Under the pieces are notes generated by a model. The model was not told the DNA's origin and did not search any database. It worked only from the letters and a program-made list of their open reading frames with translations. Source: Aulosira sp. ZfuVER01 (lineage in GTDB: Bacteria; Cyanobacteriota; Cyanobacteriia; Cyanobacteriales; Nostocaceae). Taken from it: a stretch of 64,000 bases of DNA. The DNA is taken from positions 1-64,000 of the forward strand of contig JAVRCV020000031.1 of NCBI GenBank assembly GCA_034530615.2, read 5' to 3'. A program made the translations under genes and the position numbers. Each line of letters opens with the position of its first letter. The stretch's first letter is position 1. Below, piece by piece: positions 51,058 through 60,943 of this stretch.

Positions 51058-52704
51058 ATGCCTCTATCAAATTCTGTCATTCGTCGCTACACACCCCCCA
51101 CTTGTACGCTAGAAGTTTTCGCACAAGACTCACCTTTGTCCCGGTGGATGGGAAAAACTGTCCTCAAGCAGTTAAGCTTTGAGCTACGTTTTGACGATCC
51201 GCGACTACCAGAAGAAAGCAGATTCCCAATTCGGGGCGATCGCGACCAACTCGAAGCTTTGTGTGATGCAGTCACAAACTACGTTCAGAATTTTCTTCAC
51301 CAATCTCCAGAAAGTTTTTGGTTCAGTTTCGCCGGTCCTCGAGACTCCAGTAAAGTTGCTGATGACTCACAACTAACAGATTTTCAGCCCGCATCTCTAC
51401 CAGCTACTACTAAGACATTACAATCTTTTCCGTCACAATTACCACAGACAAGAGTCTATTTAGAACCGAGCAGCTATTTGAATCACAAGCTGTTCCTCGG
51501 TTCCCTCGCTAACCAAGCATCTGGGCCAGTAATTCAACTCAGTCTGCTCCAACTATTCGATTTGGCAACTGCCTTAGATGAATACTCGGCTGATATCATG
51601 GCGTTACCTAGTTTGGAAAGTACCCGCAGTTCGACTCTCAGCTTCCCAACTTGGGCACCAGTGGCAGCCGTACTAGTATTAGGTGTGGGATTACTACCAC
51701 TTACTTGGCAATATGTAAATAACACTCAACCAAAGCAGCAAAAGATAGCCAAAAATCCTACTACTGAATCTGCACCAATTGCTCAATCCACACCTTCAAC
51801 CAACCCGCAAGCTGGACTCTTACCCCCAGACAGTTTACCTCCACTGCCACCTTTAGGCTCTACCCAGCCACCTCTGTCTTCTAACTTCCCTAGAGCGCCG
51901 ATAACAGCGCCTAATTCCACCATTAGCAACTTACCAACATCATCTAATCCTGGCCTCTCTACATCTCAAACCACCGCCAGTACTAAATTACCGCAGGGCA
52001 CTCTGCCATCTTCTGGAAGTGCATTGAATATACCGCAGAAGGCAAACCCGACTTTGTCTACTAATTCCCAGTTTGGAGTACCTAGCAGCATTGGTGGCCA
52101 GCAAATTGCCATTCAACCCAATCCTACACTAAACCGTCCTGGAGCAGTTAGCCCCGCCGATCTTGCTTTGCCTAAAAGGCGGGAACTACCACCAAGCCTA
52201 TCTCCTAACAGAAGTAGTGTCAGCCCAAATATCGCCACAACTGCTCCACCACTTCCTACCATACCCAATCGCACAGCAAGTTCACCAAAGCTTGAGGGAG
52301 AATACAATCCTACTTCTATAAACTCTCCAGTCAGAAGTAGTAGCAATCCTTTAGTGGAGAGATTGAGAAATGGAAGCAAAACTTCTACTTCCACACAAGT
52401 AGCTACCGACAACACTTTATTTGATACACCTCAGGTGGCAGAAGCCAGACAATACATCCAAAAACGTTGGCAACCACCCACTGGGTTGCGACAAACGCTG
52501 GAGTATAGCTTGATGGTAGGTGTTGATGGTACTATTGAACGGATTTTCCCCCTAAATAAAGCAGCTAGAGAATTTGTTGATAGTGCTGGAATGCCTAATG
52601 TAGGTGCACCCTTCGTTTCGCCTAATAAATACGGACAAAATGTCAGAATGCGTGCTGTACTTAGTCCAGATGGCAAAGTGCAAATCTTCCCGGAGACAGA
52701 ATAA
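51058..52704 (+). CDS. DUF4335 domain protein
   Basis: RRYTPPTCTLE, LQLFDLATALDEY, TM, Pro/Ser-rich linker, C-terminal RWQPP domain. Confidence 0.88.
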   Translation: MPLSNSVIRRYTPPTCTLEVFAQDSPLSRWMGKTVLKQLSFELRFDDPRLPEESRFPIRGDRDQLEALCDAVTNYVQNFLHQSPESFWFSFAGPRDSSKVADDSQLTDFQPASLPATTKTLQSFPSQLPQTRVYLEPSSYLNHKLFLGSLANQASGPVIQLSLLQLFDLATALDEYSADIMALPSLESTRSSTLSFPTWAPVAAVLVLGVGLLPLTWQYVNNTQPKQQKIAKNPTTESAPIAQSTPSTNPQAGLLPPDSLPPLPPLGSTQPPLSSNFPRAPITAPNSTISNLPTSSNPGLSTSQTTASTKLPQGTLPSSGSALNIPQKANPTLSTNSQFGVPSSIGGQQIAIQPNPTLNRPGAVSPADLALPKRRELPPSLSPNRSSVSPNIATTAPPLPTIPNRTASSPKLEGEYNPTSINSPVRSSSNPLVERLRNGSKTSTSTQVATDNTLFDTPQVAEARQYIQKRWQPPTGLRQTLEYSLMVGVDGTIERIFPLNKAAREFVDSAGMPNVGAPFVSPNKYGQNVRMRAVLSPDGKVQIFPETE

Positions 52705-53067
52705 TTTAGGGAATCGGCTTATGTCACTTACCAAACCCTGCAAGGTGGGGAACGGGAAACAGAAAATAATAAAACCTAATGCGTAAAAAACAATTATATT
52801 CAGATTCTGAGAGTAAAGGTACAAAGCGTCCTTGCTTCAATCCCAAGATATAGCGCGTGGGTAAGTTTTGCCTGTTGCCTGTTCCCTTTGAAAAAACTTG
52901 CACGAAACCAGGCTAAAGTAGAAAGATTGTTTTCATAGCACTATCACCTGAAATAAGCGGTTATGCATTACCCAAGATAGTTAACACAATTAATTTCTCC
53001 AACAGCTTTTAGGCAAGGATTTAATCATCAAGAATCTTCAATATCAAAATATAAATCACAAAAAACA

Positions 53068-53092
53068 AAAGAGGCTGGTAAAACCAGCCTTT
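53068..53092 (-). terminator. Intrinsic terminator after ferredoxin
   Basis: AGGCTGG-TAAAA-CCAGCCT with an A-run on its left (U-tract on minus). Confidence 0.7.
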
Positions 53093-53116
53093 AATTTTTA
53101 GATTGCACTTGATATA

Positions 53117-53578
53117 TTAATAACGGGATTTTTTGCTTTTTAACTTTTGTTTTTTACGCCGCCGTTCTGTAGAAGCAACACCATATTCCACTGGATAACC
53201 GACAACAGGAATTACCTGATATTTGCGTTCATCTTCTAACTTTTTCAGTTCGGTATAATCAACCCAGTGAATGCAATCAACTGGACAAGTATCTATTGCT
53301 TCTTGAATGACTTCTTCTGCGTCTCCATCCTGACGAACTACTCGCGATCGCCCATAATCTGGTTCAATGTAAAACGTATTACGAGCAACATGAGCGCAGT
53401 GCTTACAACCAATACAGGTGATTTCGTCAACATAAACACCTTTTTGACGCAGCACTCCCCCTAATTCCGGTTCTAAACCAGAGCGTTCTGGCGCATCCCG
53501 TAAAAAACCGCCTAATTCTGGTTCTAAACCGGAACGATTATCTTCTTGTTCTTCCGGTGACGGCAGAAAATCAGCCAT
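53117..53578 (-). CDS. 4Fe-4S ferredoxin
   Basis: CIGCKHC...CPVDCIHW; duplicated N-terminal RSGLEPELGG. Confidence 0.92.
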   Translation of the reverse strand: MADFLPSPEEQEDNRSGLEPELGGFLRDAPERSGLEPELGGVLRQKGVYVDEITCIGCKHCAHVARNTFYIEPDYGRSRVVRQDGDAEEVIQEAIDTCPVDCIHWVDYTELKKLEDERKYQVIPVVGYPVEYGVASTERRRKKQKLKSKKSRY

Positions 53579-53964
53579 TACGCACTCCAGCGTTGTACTA
53601 CCAGGCGAATTGAACCATCTTGTTGTTGTTGTTGCTCAGCAACTTGAAAGCCAACACGAGTAGTTTCTTTCACAACTGTTTGATAAGCATAGCGCTGAGT
53701 TACTTGGCGCAAAAATCCATCAACAGAAAGATTTTGTTGCCAATACTGCAAGTCAGCTACCAATTCATATTCTTGGCCATTCCATCTAAAGCCGATATCA
53801 TAGCCATTTTCTTGCTCAATCGATATTTCAGCGGGATGGGTTTGTCCACGATAGCCACGTACCTCACGCGGACCCGGTTTCCAGTCTATACCCAATTCTG
53901 TTAAAGCTTCTTTTAAAGAGTCAAGGTTACGGATTTGAGTTTTGATTTGGCTAAAATGTGACAT
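53578..53964 (-). CDS. ycf35: DUF1257 / Ycf35 family protein
   Basis: MSHFSQIKT, YELVADLQYW, QRYAY, DGSIRLVVQRW. Confidence 0.9.
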   Translation of the reverse strand: MSHFSQIKTQIRNLDSLKEALTELGIDWKPGPREVRGYRGQTHPAEISIEQENGYDIGFRWNGQEYELVADLQYWQQNLSVDGFLRQVTQRYAYQTVVKETTRVGFQVAEQQQQQDGSIRLVVQRWSA

Positions 53965-54003
53965 GGTGGTTGTGAATTAACGACACTAAACTATTTTGAA
54001 CAA

Positions 54004-54213
54004 TTACCAATCACTCAAAGAGGTTTGCGTATTCGCCACACCGGATTGCTGCACCAAAGTGGCAAAGAATTCCGAGGTTGGCTCATGAGTAAGTACTAGT
54101 CCCAGCTGCGCTTCGATTGCTGCTGTGACTTCAGCACAAGAAGCACCCACAATGCCAGTGACTTTCTCTTGTACCCGACCATCTGGATAAATTATGAACT
54201 CTAATGTCTCCAT
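54004..54213 (-). CDS. DUF2997 family protein
   Basis: LEFIIYPDGRVQEKVTGIVGASC...PTSEFF. Confidence 0.9.
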   Translation of the reverse strand: METLEFIIYPDGRVQEKVTGIVGASCAEVTAAIEAQLGLVLTHEPTSEFFATLVQQSGVANTQTSLSDW

Positions 54214-54698
54214 GCTCTTGGCCAACCACGATAGTACGCTTAAATTTTATTGCCTCAGCTGATGGCTAAAAATATAGCCGTCGGAACATTTTCACTTAGA
54301 TACAAACTTGCCATTTGTTAACTAATGTTCCATCTCTCAAAATATATATCTCAGAATGTTTACAAAAATTATTAATTTTGCAAGTCTACACATCGGTCAT
54401 TAGTAAGTCTCTCGTAACCTAATAGATTAGTCAAGTTCAGAATTGAGCTTCAAGGGAAGTGAGAAAAGCCCTAAACATAGGCATTAGAAGTAGTCTAGCT
54501 AGCTAGAAGAGTAACAAAACTATAAAATTTATTGAAAATATTTATCATTATTATTGTGTTTGTGCCAACTGTCTCTGGGGTTATTCAGCAATGCAACTAC
54601 TGACTCATAACACCAGATTCAAACAAAACTTTGATAAAGCTGATAATAGCTTGATGAATTGGAAAGGTAGCCATAATACCAATTCAAAATTCTCTCTT

Positions 54699-54740
54699 GG
54701 AAAGTTCTGAGCGGAGGAAACCTCCGCTCAGACTTTCCGC
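54699..54740. repeat. Intact SDR-like hairpin element
   Basis: GGAAAGTTCTGAGCGGAGG-AAA-CCTCCGCTCAGACTTTCCGC inserted in (AAAATTC)n repeats. Confidence 0.85.
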
Positions 54741-54845
54741 AAAATTCAAAATTAGGAAAGCTAGATTTCAAAAGGGCTTCTGAGTTTGGCTCTATGGCTG
54801 AGGGTAGGCGATCGCACTGATGTATAACTCAACAAAGTTACATTT

Positions 54846-55397
54846 CTAATAATTGTTTTCAAACTCTGCCAAAGTTAATACACCTCCATGCAAATGCTTC
54901 CCACCCTGCCACATCGATTTGTCTGCTGCTTGATATAAAGCACCCAAATGCGTACCATGTGCTGGATAAAACGCAATTCCGCATGAAACTGTAAAAGAAG
55001 CTTGAATCTTCAGAAAACTTTTATCAGGCAACAAATAGAATCTCTCTACAGAGGGAATAGATGAAAACTCTTGTCTGATTTTGCTCCAAAGCTCTCTGGC
55101 GATTGAGATAACTTCTGCCATTTGTCGCCCACTCAAAAAAACCACAAACTCATCTCCACCCGACCGAAAAACCTCCGCATCTTCTGGAATTACCCGACAA
55201 ATTATATTAGCAAGCTGTTTGAGTTTTTCATCAGCTTCTTGAAAACCATAATGATGGTTGAAGTAGCTCAATCCATCAACATCTAGCAAAAGCAACCCAA
55301 ACTGCTTTTGCTCACTGGCTAAGTTTTCAAAGCACGTTGGTATCAAACGAGAGGAGGGTAATCCTGTTAAGAGGTCATTCTGAGGAATGTCCATCAC
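54846..55397 (-). CDS. Stand-alone GGDEF diguanylate cyclase
   Basis: DLLTGL, LLDVDG, RSGGDEF, TVSCGIA, ADKSM. Confidence 0.85.
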   Translation of the reverse strand: MMDIPQNDLLTGLPSSRLIPTCFENLASEQKQFGLLLLDVDGLSYFNHHYGFQEADEKLKQLANIICRVIPEDAEVFRSGGDEFVVFLSGRQMAEVISIARELWSKIRQEFSSIPSVERFYLLPDKSFLKIQASFTVSCGIAFYPAHGTHLGALYQAADKSMWQGGKHLHGGVLTLAEFENNY

Positions 55398-55432
55398 TGA
55401 GAAGCTCTAACAAAAAGCTGAATATTTCTAGC

Positions 55433-55918
55433 TTATTCTATAAATATGGTGTGTATTGCACGATTAATCAAATGAATAACCCCCAAAGAAAATGTAATTT
55501 CTGCACCCAACCGATAATAAAAACTCAAACCGCGAGTGTTGCGAACATCGGCATTCCACGCAATATGCGTACAATCATTTTGCTTGGCGATTTCAGCAAG
55601 ATGGCTCATCAATGCGGCTCCGGCTCCTTGGCTTCTCATCTCTTCATCCACGTATAAATCATCTAGCCAAATACTCGGTTGTCCTGTAAATGACGAGTAC
55701 CTAAATCCATACAAAGCAAATCCAATTTCACGTTCTGCAATCTCTGCAAACAAAACGTAAGAAAAGGGAATTGTGCCAAAAAGTGTTTTGCGTATTTTTT
55801 CTTCTGATACTTGCAAAACACCAGAGAAAGCACCAATTTTGCGATCGAATTCTGCCTTCTTCTTGATGAATGAGAAAATCAGCGATACATCATTAGGGGT
55901 AGCAATTCTGACTCTCAT
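55433..55918 (-). CDS. GNAT (spermidine acetyltransferase-like); C-terminus possibly replaced
   Basis: YSSFTGQPSIWLDDLYV..MRSQGAG, FYYRLGA. Confidence 0.85.
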   Translation of the reverse strand: MRVRIATPNDVSLIFSFIKKKAEFDRKIGAFSGVLQVSEEKIRKTLFGTIPFSYVLFAEIAEREIGFALYGFRYSSFTGQPSIWLDDLYVDEEMRSQGAGAALMSHLAEIAKQNDCTHIAWNADVRNTRGLSFYYRLGAEITFSLGVIHLINRAIHTIFIE

Positions 55919-55988
55919 TGATTAAATTTCTGGCTTCTTCAGGATGATTCCTCTCACAGTTTAACTCGATGGCGATCGCACTAATGAT

Positions 55989-56264
55989 TTATTGATTGTA
56001 CTCAGGTTTAATGATATCTTTCCATTTCTCAGATCGCTGCTTCATCAGTGATGAGTCATTCGCAGTCACTTCTAGAATTCCAGAAATGAAAGCATTTTCT
56101 CCCTACTGCTGATAGTCATCAATGAACTGTTGGTGCTTGTGACCAAAGGATCCCCTTTGAAGTTCTCGATTGTTTGCTTCAAAACGGTACTCAAGATTTT
56201 CACTATAGCCTATATATCTACGTCCATTGGCTTTATTAGTCATTATGTATACACCACTTGTTAT
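55989..56264 (-). pseudogene. GIY-YIG nuclease pseudogene
   Basis: ITSGVYIMTNKANGRRYIGYSENLEYRF...QQ*GENAFISGILE...WKDIIKPEYNQ*; in-frame TAG at 56103-56105; ATA in place of a start codon. Confidence 0.88.
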
Positions 56265-56536
56265 GATTAAATCTTATATTCCTTTAAAATCCTAAAATTT
56301 ATTCATTATAAGCGATGTAAAATATTTATCTCAACTGTAATTATTAGGATGTAAATAGTCTTATTGATTTGTAATCCGATTGAGGGCGCAATTAACCTTA
56401 TCAGTAGTTCCAGCGTGGCGACATACTTAAAGACCACAGATATTCATTGATGTTTATCTGTGGTTTTATTTTCTCAAAATCAACTTTTTTTCAGTGGTTT
56501 AGCTTCATACATCGTTTTCAAGGTAGTAGCACGCTA

Positions 56537-57010
56537 CTAAGCTTCTTCAGGATTTAGATGTCTTAACTCATCGGTAGTATATGTCCCGATAGGACTCCAA
56601 ACTAGATAAGGAACCAGTAATAGCGCCGCCATCCAAGAAATCGGTAAAACGCAAATTGCTAAAACCACACTTAAAATTAGACCAGCTAGCCCAACTCTCT
56701 CCCCTACTTCCAGACTACGTAACCTCAACATTAGAGGTATGTAAGCTACGGTAATTATTTCTAATAACAGGTACAAACCCATTAGCAGCCAGGTAATTGC
56801 ACCTCCTGGATTTTTTTGCCAGACGATATTAGCTGAAGCTGCACCGCAAACAAAAATCACAGTCCAAATTAGGGGTATTAATGGCTCAAAAATTAGCCAT
56901 TGAGGACGACTTAAAAGTGCAAACCATTTGACATCACGGGGTGTGATGAAGAAACTACCAAGTGCGATGATGAATGTGATAGCCCCAATTACTATCCAAG
57001 ATTCAGCCAT
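56537..57010 (-). CDS. tspO: TspO/MBR family protein
   Basis: WF..LSRPQWL..P.IWTVIF, LLVPYLVW. Confidence 0.88.
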   Translation of the reverse strand: MAESWIVIGAITFIIALGSFFITPRDVKWFALLSRPQWLIFEPLIPLIWTVIFVCGAASANIVWQKNPGGAITWLLMGLYLLLEIITVAYIPLMLRLRSLEVGERVGLAGLILSVVLAICVLPISWMAALLLVPYLVWSPIGTYTTDELRHLNPEEA

Positions 57011-57208
57011 GCTGTTCACCTCTTTCTGCCTGTACATTTTGACAAGCCATACATTGCCAGTTTGGCAATTGCAGACAGAGGTTAAATCAGTCGTAGGTGG
57101 GAATATTCACATCTATATTAGAGAGGATTAATCATCTGGTTTAAAAGATGCTTAGACGCGAAGCTGCTTTGCGAGCAAGCCTTTTAAATCCCGAATCCAA
57201 AATTGACA

Positions 57209-58492
57209 TCACTCTTGTGCCCCAGCTTTTTGCAAACTCCGCACTATATTTCTATATCCATTAAATTCGGCAATCATCAAAGCAGTGTAACCGCCGCGAT
57301 TTTTCAAATTGACATCAGCCCCAGCTTCGAGTAATGCTTGTACAGACTCATGGAAACCTCCTGAGGCAGCCCACATCAAGGCTGTTGCCCCTGCTGAGTC
57401 TTGAAAATTCACATCTGCTCCCTTAGCTAGTAGTAGCCGCAAAACCGCTGGGCGATCGCGTTGTGCTGCTTTTAGCAAAGCCGTTTTTCCATCTTCTGCT
57501 GGGATGTTAGGATCGGCACCGTAATTTAGCAATACTTTTACCGTCTGGCTGTGTCCTTGGGATGCAGCTAGAGTCAGAGGTATCTCACCCAGGTTTTTGT
57601 CTTGAATATCTCCACCGTGCTGTACTAGTGCCTCGACAATTTGGCTATGTCCTTGCAAGGCAGCTAAAAGCATGGGTGTATCACCTAGGTGATTTTTAAT
57701 TTGTACATTTGCGCCTCGGTGTAGTAAGGCTTGCACTACATCTAAGTAGCCTTCCACAGTAGCAAGGTGTAGGGCAGTTTCACCATCACTATCTTGGTGA
57801 TTAATCTCGATGTCTCTATCCAGTAAAGCTGCGATAATTTCAATGTCTCCTGCGGCTACTGCTGCTGATAGTGCAGTTCCACCATCCTGATTTTCTACAT
57901 TGACATCAACTCCAGCGGCTAGTAGTGTTTTCACAACTGGCAGATGTCCCAAGTCTACCGCTATCATTAACAGCGTCTCACCTTCTTCATCTTGGATATT
58001 GACATCTGCACCACTGTGGATAAATGCTTCTACAACTGCTGCGTGTCCGTGCTTGACTGCCAGCTTTAAAGCTGTGTCATCATCTTTATCTGTAACGTTA
58101 ACCTGGGCACCAGCAGCTAGTAAAACTTTGACTACATCTACATAACCTTTGAGTGCTGCGGCCATTAAAGCTGTGCTGCCGTCTTCATTAGTAGCATTGA
58201 CATCTGCACCTCTAGATACTAAAAGCTTGACAATATCTAGCTGATTGGCACTAGCTGCCAGCATCAAAGCCGTCAAACGGTAACGTTTTCTGGGTAGGTT
58301 AATATCTGCCCCAGCATCTAGGAGCGATCGCACAATTTCGGTGTAGCCTAAATTAGCAGCAAACATTAACGGTGTAGTACCATCGCGATCGCATACGTCC
58401 ACTTTAGCACCAGTATTCAGTAGTGTCCCTAGCCGCTTAATATCGCCGCTTCTAGCCGCTGCAAGCAGCAACATATCCTTGTTTTCAGTCAT
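57209..58492 (-). CDS. Ankyrin repeat protein
   Basis: About 12 GxTAL/PLMxAA...LLxxGADVN repeats. Confidence 0.96.
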   Translation of the reverse strand: MTENKDMLLLAAARSGDIKRLGTLLNTGAKVDVCDRDGTTPLMFAANLGYTEIVRSLLDAGADINLPRKRYRLTALMLAASANQLDIVKLLVSRGADVNATNEDGSTALMAAALKGYVDVVKVLLAAGAQVNVTDKDDDTALKLAVKHGHAAVVEAFIHSGADVNIQDEEGETLLMIAVDLGHLPVVKTLLAAGVDVNVENQDGGTALSAAVAAGDIEIIAALLDRDIEINHQDSDGETALHLATVEGYLDVVQALLHRGANVQIKNHLGDTPMLLAALQGHSQIVEALVQHGGDIQDKNLGEIPLTLAASQGHSQTVKVLLNYGADPNIPAEDGKTALLKAAQRDRPAVLRLLLAKGADVNFQDSAGATALMWAASGGFHESVQALLEAGADVNLKNRGGYTALMIAEFNGYRNIVRSLQKAGAQE

Positions 58493-58693
58493 GGAAAAAT
58501 TCCGCACAGGCGGTTTTTGTTGATCTAGCCTCAGAATTTAGTCTGAAATTGTTTATCCACTTTTGCAAGAGGTTTGAGTCAAGAAATCACCGGTTAGGGG
58601 AAAGTAACATTCTCTTTCCATCCTTTGCTACCAATATAGAGAAATAGAGTTATGCTAATTTTTATGAAGATTTAATAATCGGGCGACTAGACT

Positions 58694-59164
58694 ATGAATT
58701 TAGAACTTTCTCCATCAGTGAAGTATTGGCTGAACTTCTTTCACCCGCTAATCATGTGGCTATTATTTGTAGTCTCGATTTATGCTGCCTATTTAGGGCT
58801 ACAAGTACAGCGTACTAGAAATTCTCAGGGTGAAGAGAAAAAAGAATTGATTAAAGGTAGATACAACATTAGACATTACCAAATTGGATCTATACTTCTG
58901 GGTCTGATGGTAGCAGGTTCAATAGGTGGAATGGCTGTTACCTACATCAATAATGGAAAATTGTTTGTTGGGCCTCACTTGCTAGCTGGTCTGGGAATGA
59001 CCGGCCTGATAGCCTTTTCCGCAGCCTTGTCTCCTTATATGCAAAAAGGAGCCAATTGGGCACGTATGACTCATATTCTACTAAATTTCACGCTTTTAGG
59101 GCTTTTTGCTTGGCAAGCAGTCACTGGCGTGCAAATTGTCCAAAGAATTCTCACGAATGCATAG
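58694..59164 (+). CDS. DUF4079 membrane protein
   Basis: FFHP, RHYQIGS, GPHLLAGL, THILLN. Confidence 0.88.
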   Translation: MNLELSPSVKYWLNFFHPLIMWLLFVVSIYAAYLGLQVQRTRNSQGEEKKELIKGRYNIRHYQIGSILLGLMVAGSIGGMAVTYINNGKLFVGPHLLAGLGMTGLIAFSAALSPYMQKGANWARMTHILLNFTLLGLFAWQAVTGVQIVQRILTNA

Positions 59165-59233
59165 TTATTAGTCAAGAGTCAATGGTCAAGAAATTCTGGA
59201 CTATTGACTTTGGACTTTTGACTTTTGATCGTG

Positions 59234-59917
59234 TTACCGCTTTTTCTTAGAATCAGCGGACGAAAATGGTATTCCCAAAGATTGATGAAAATCTTCTTGT
59301 ACTTTGCGAGTTAAGCGGCGAGAGACTTGGCGGACGATTTGGTTAAGTAAGCGATCGCCTGTAGATTGAATGAGAGACTTAGGCAAACGCTGAATAAACC
59401 GTGGGAAGTGAAGTTCAACTACTAAATCCAATTCCCATTCTACTCGTGTCACCCCCGTAGTATTACTATGAGCATCGGCTACATTTTCTACTAACTGTAG
59501 TGATGCCCGATAATCTACATCATAACCAGGTGAACGGTAATCAGGAATTGGGATAGTACGAATACGGTAGATGCCTTCCTCGGCTGGTAACAACTCCAAA
59601 CCTATTTTCGGCTCAACTTCATAACCAAAAGAGCCAAAACGACCGATTATTAAAGCGTAACCATTTTCCCCCAACGGTTGCACCTTCATTGGTTCAGCAC
59701 AACGCGAAAACCATGAGGAGTGAGTATTAAGATACTCAGCAACCGTTGCCGCTGGCGCATACATTTCCATATAATCACTGTAGCGACCATAAAATTTGGT
59801 AAGCGTTGCTACAGAAACTCCTGCAAGTGCGTCCTCTGCTTCTGTGAGGCTGGACGCCACAGGTAAAACTGTTTCTTTTATTTCTAAAGATTGATATTCG
59901 CCGTTTCTTGAAAGCAT
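59234..59917 (-). CDS. DUF1997 family protein
   Basis: WFSRCAEPM, EPKIGLELLP, TGDRLLNQIV. Confidence 0.87.
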   Translation of the reverse strand: MLSRNGEYQSLEIKETVLPVASSLTEAEDALAGVSVATLTKFYGRYSDYMEMYAPAATVAEYLNTHSSWFSRCAEPMKVQPLGENGYALIIGRFGSFGYEVEPKIGLELLPAEEGIYRIRTIPIPDYRSPGYDVDYRASLQLVENVADAHSNTTGVTRVEWELDLVVELHFPRFIQRLPKSLIQSTGDRLLNQIVRQVSRRLTRKVQEDFHQSLGIPFSSADSKKKR

Positions 59918-60095
59918 AAATGCGTTCCTGCATCCTATGGCGTTGGTCTATATTAATCGTTCCCAGCTTACGTGGGCCATTTCACACTCAGATATCATTT
60001 TGACGGAATCCTCATGAATCTGTCATGCACTTCGTAGAATCACTACAATAAAGAACTGAACAATCACATATTAGTTTCCCAGGATAGCGTTTCTC

Positions 60096-60755
60096 ATGAA
60101 AGCATTTGTAGCAGGGGCAACAGGTGAAACAGGTCGCCGGATTGTACAAGAACTAATAGCACGCAATATTCCCGTCCGTGCTTTAGTCAGGGATACCGAA
60201 AAAGCTAGGGGGATATTGCCTCCTGATGCTGAGTTGGTAGTGGGCGATGTGTTGAACCCCCAAACCCTGACGGCTGCTTTAGGAGATAGTACAGTCCTAC
60301 TGTGTGCTACTGGAGCAAAGCCTAGCTTTGATCCTACTGAACCCTATAAGGTAGATTTTGAGGGTACTAAAAATTTAGTAGATGCAGCTAAAGCGAAGGG
60401 CATTGAGCATTTTGTCTTTGTTTCTTCTTTATGTACTTCCCAGTTGTTCCATCCACTAAACTTGTTCTGGCTGATTTTAGTTTGGAAAAAACAAGCTGAG
60501 GAGTATCTCCAAAAAAGCGGTCTGACTTATACAATTGTGCGACCAGGTGGGTTGAAGAATGAAGATAACTCCAACCCAATAGTGATGCAGGGTGCTGATA
60601 CGTTGTTTGATGGTAGCATTCCTCGGCAAAAAGTAGCCCAAGTTTGTGTGGAAGCTCTATTTGAACCCGCTGCACGGAATAAAGTTACCGAGATTGTAGC
60701 TAAACCAGAGGCTACCTCTAAAAGCTTTGGCGAGTTATTTACTAACGTTGCCTGA
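60096..60755 (+). CDS. NAD(P)-binding atypical SDR oxidoreductase
   Basis: VAGATGETG, VDFEGTKNL, TIVRPGGL. Confidence 0.92.
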   Translation: MKAFVAGATGETGRRIVQELIARNIPVRALVRDTEKARGILPPDAELVVGDVLNPQTLTAALGDSTVLLCATGAKPSFDPTEPYKVDFEGTKNLVDAAKAKGIEHFVFVSSLCTSQLFHPLNLFWLILVWKKQAEEYLQKSGLTYTIVRPGGLKNEDNSNPIVMQGADTLFDGSIPRQKVAQVCVEALFEPAARNKVTEIVAKPEATSKSFGELFTNVA

Positions 60756-60943
60756 TTAATATGGTGCTGAGTCTTGAGTTAACATGGATGGGTTTAACCT
60801 GTCTGGACAACATTCGAGGATTTCGAGAAAGTTGTGAGTTGTCAAGTTATAACAAGACACAGCATTGCTGCGGTGAAGATTGCCGAAATTATTGTATCGG
60901 CTATTGTTGTTAGCTAAAAGAGCGAATATTAAGGAGTTAAACC

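Noticed and set aside
52940..52970. attC-like right half (CACCTGAAATAAGCGGTTATGC)
   Set aside because: No matching left arm found.
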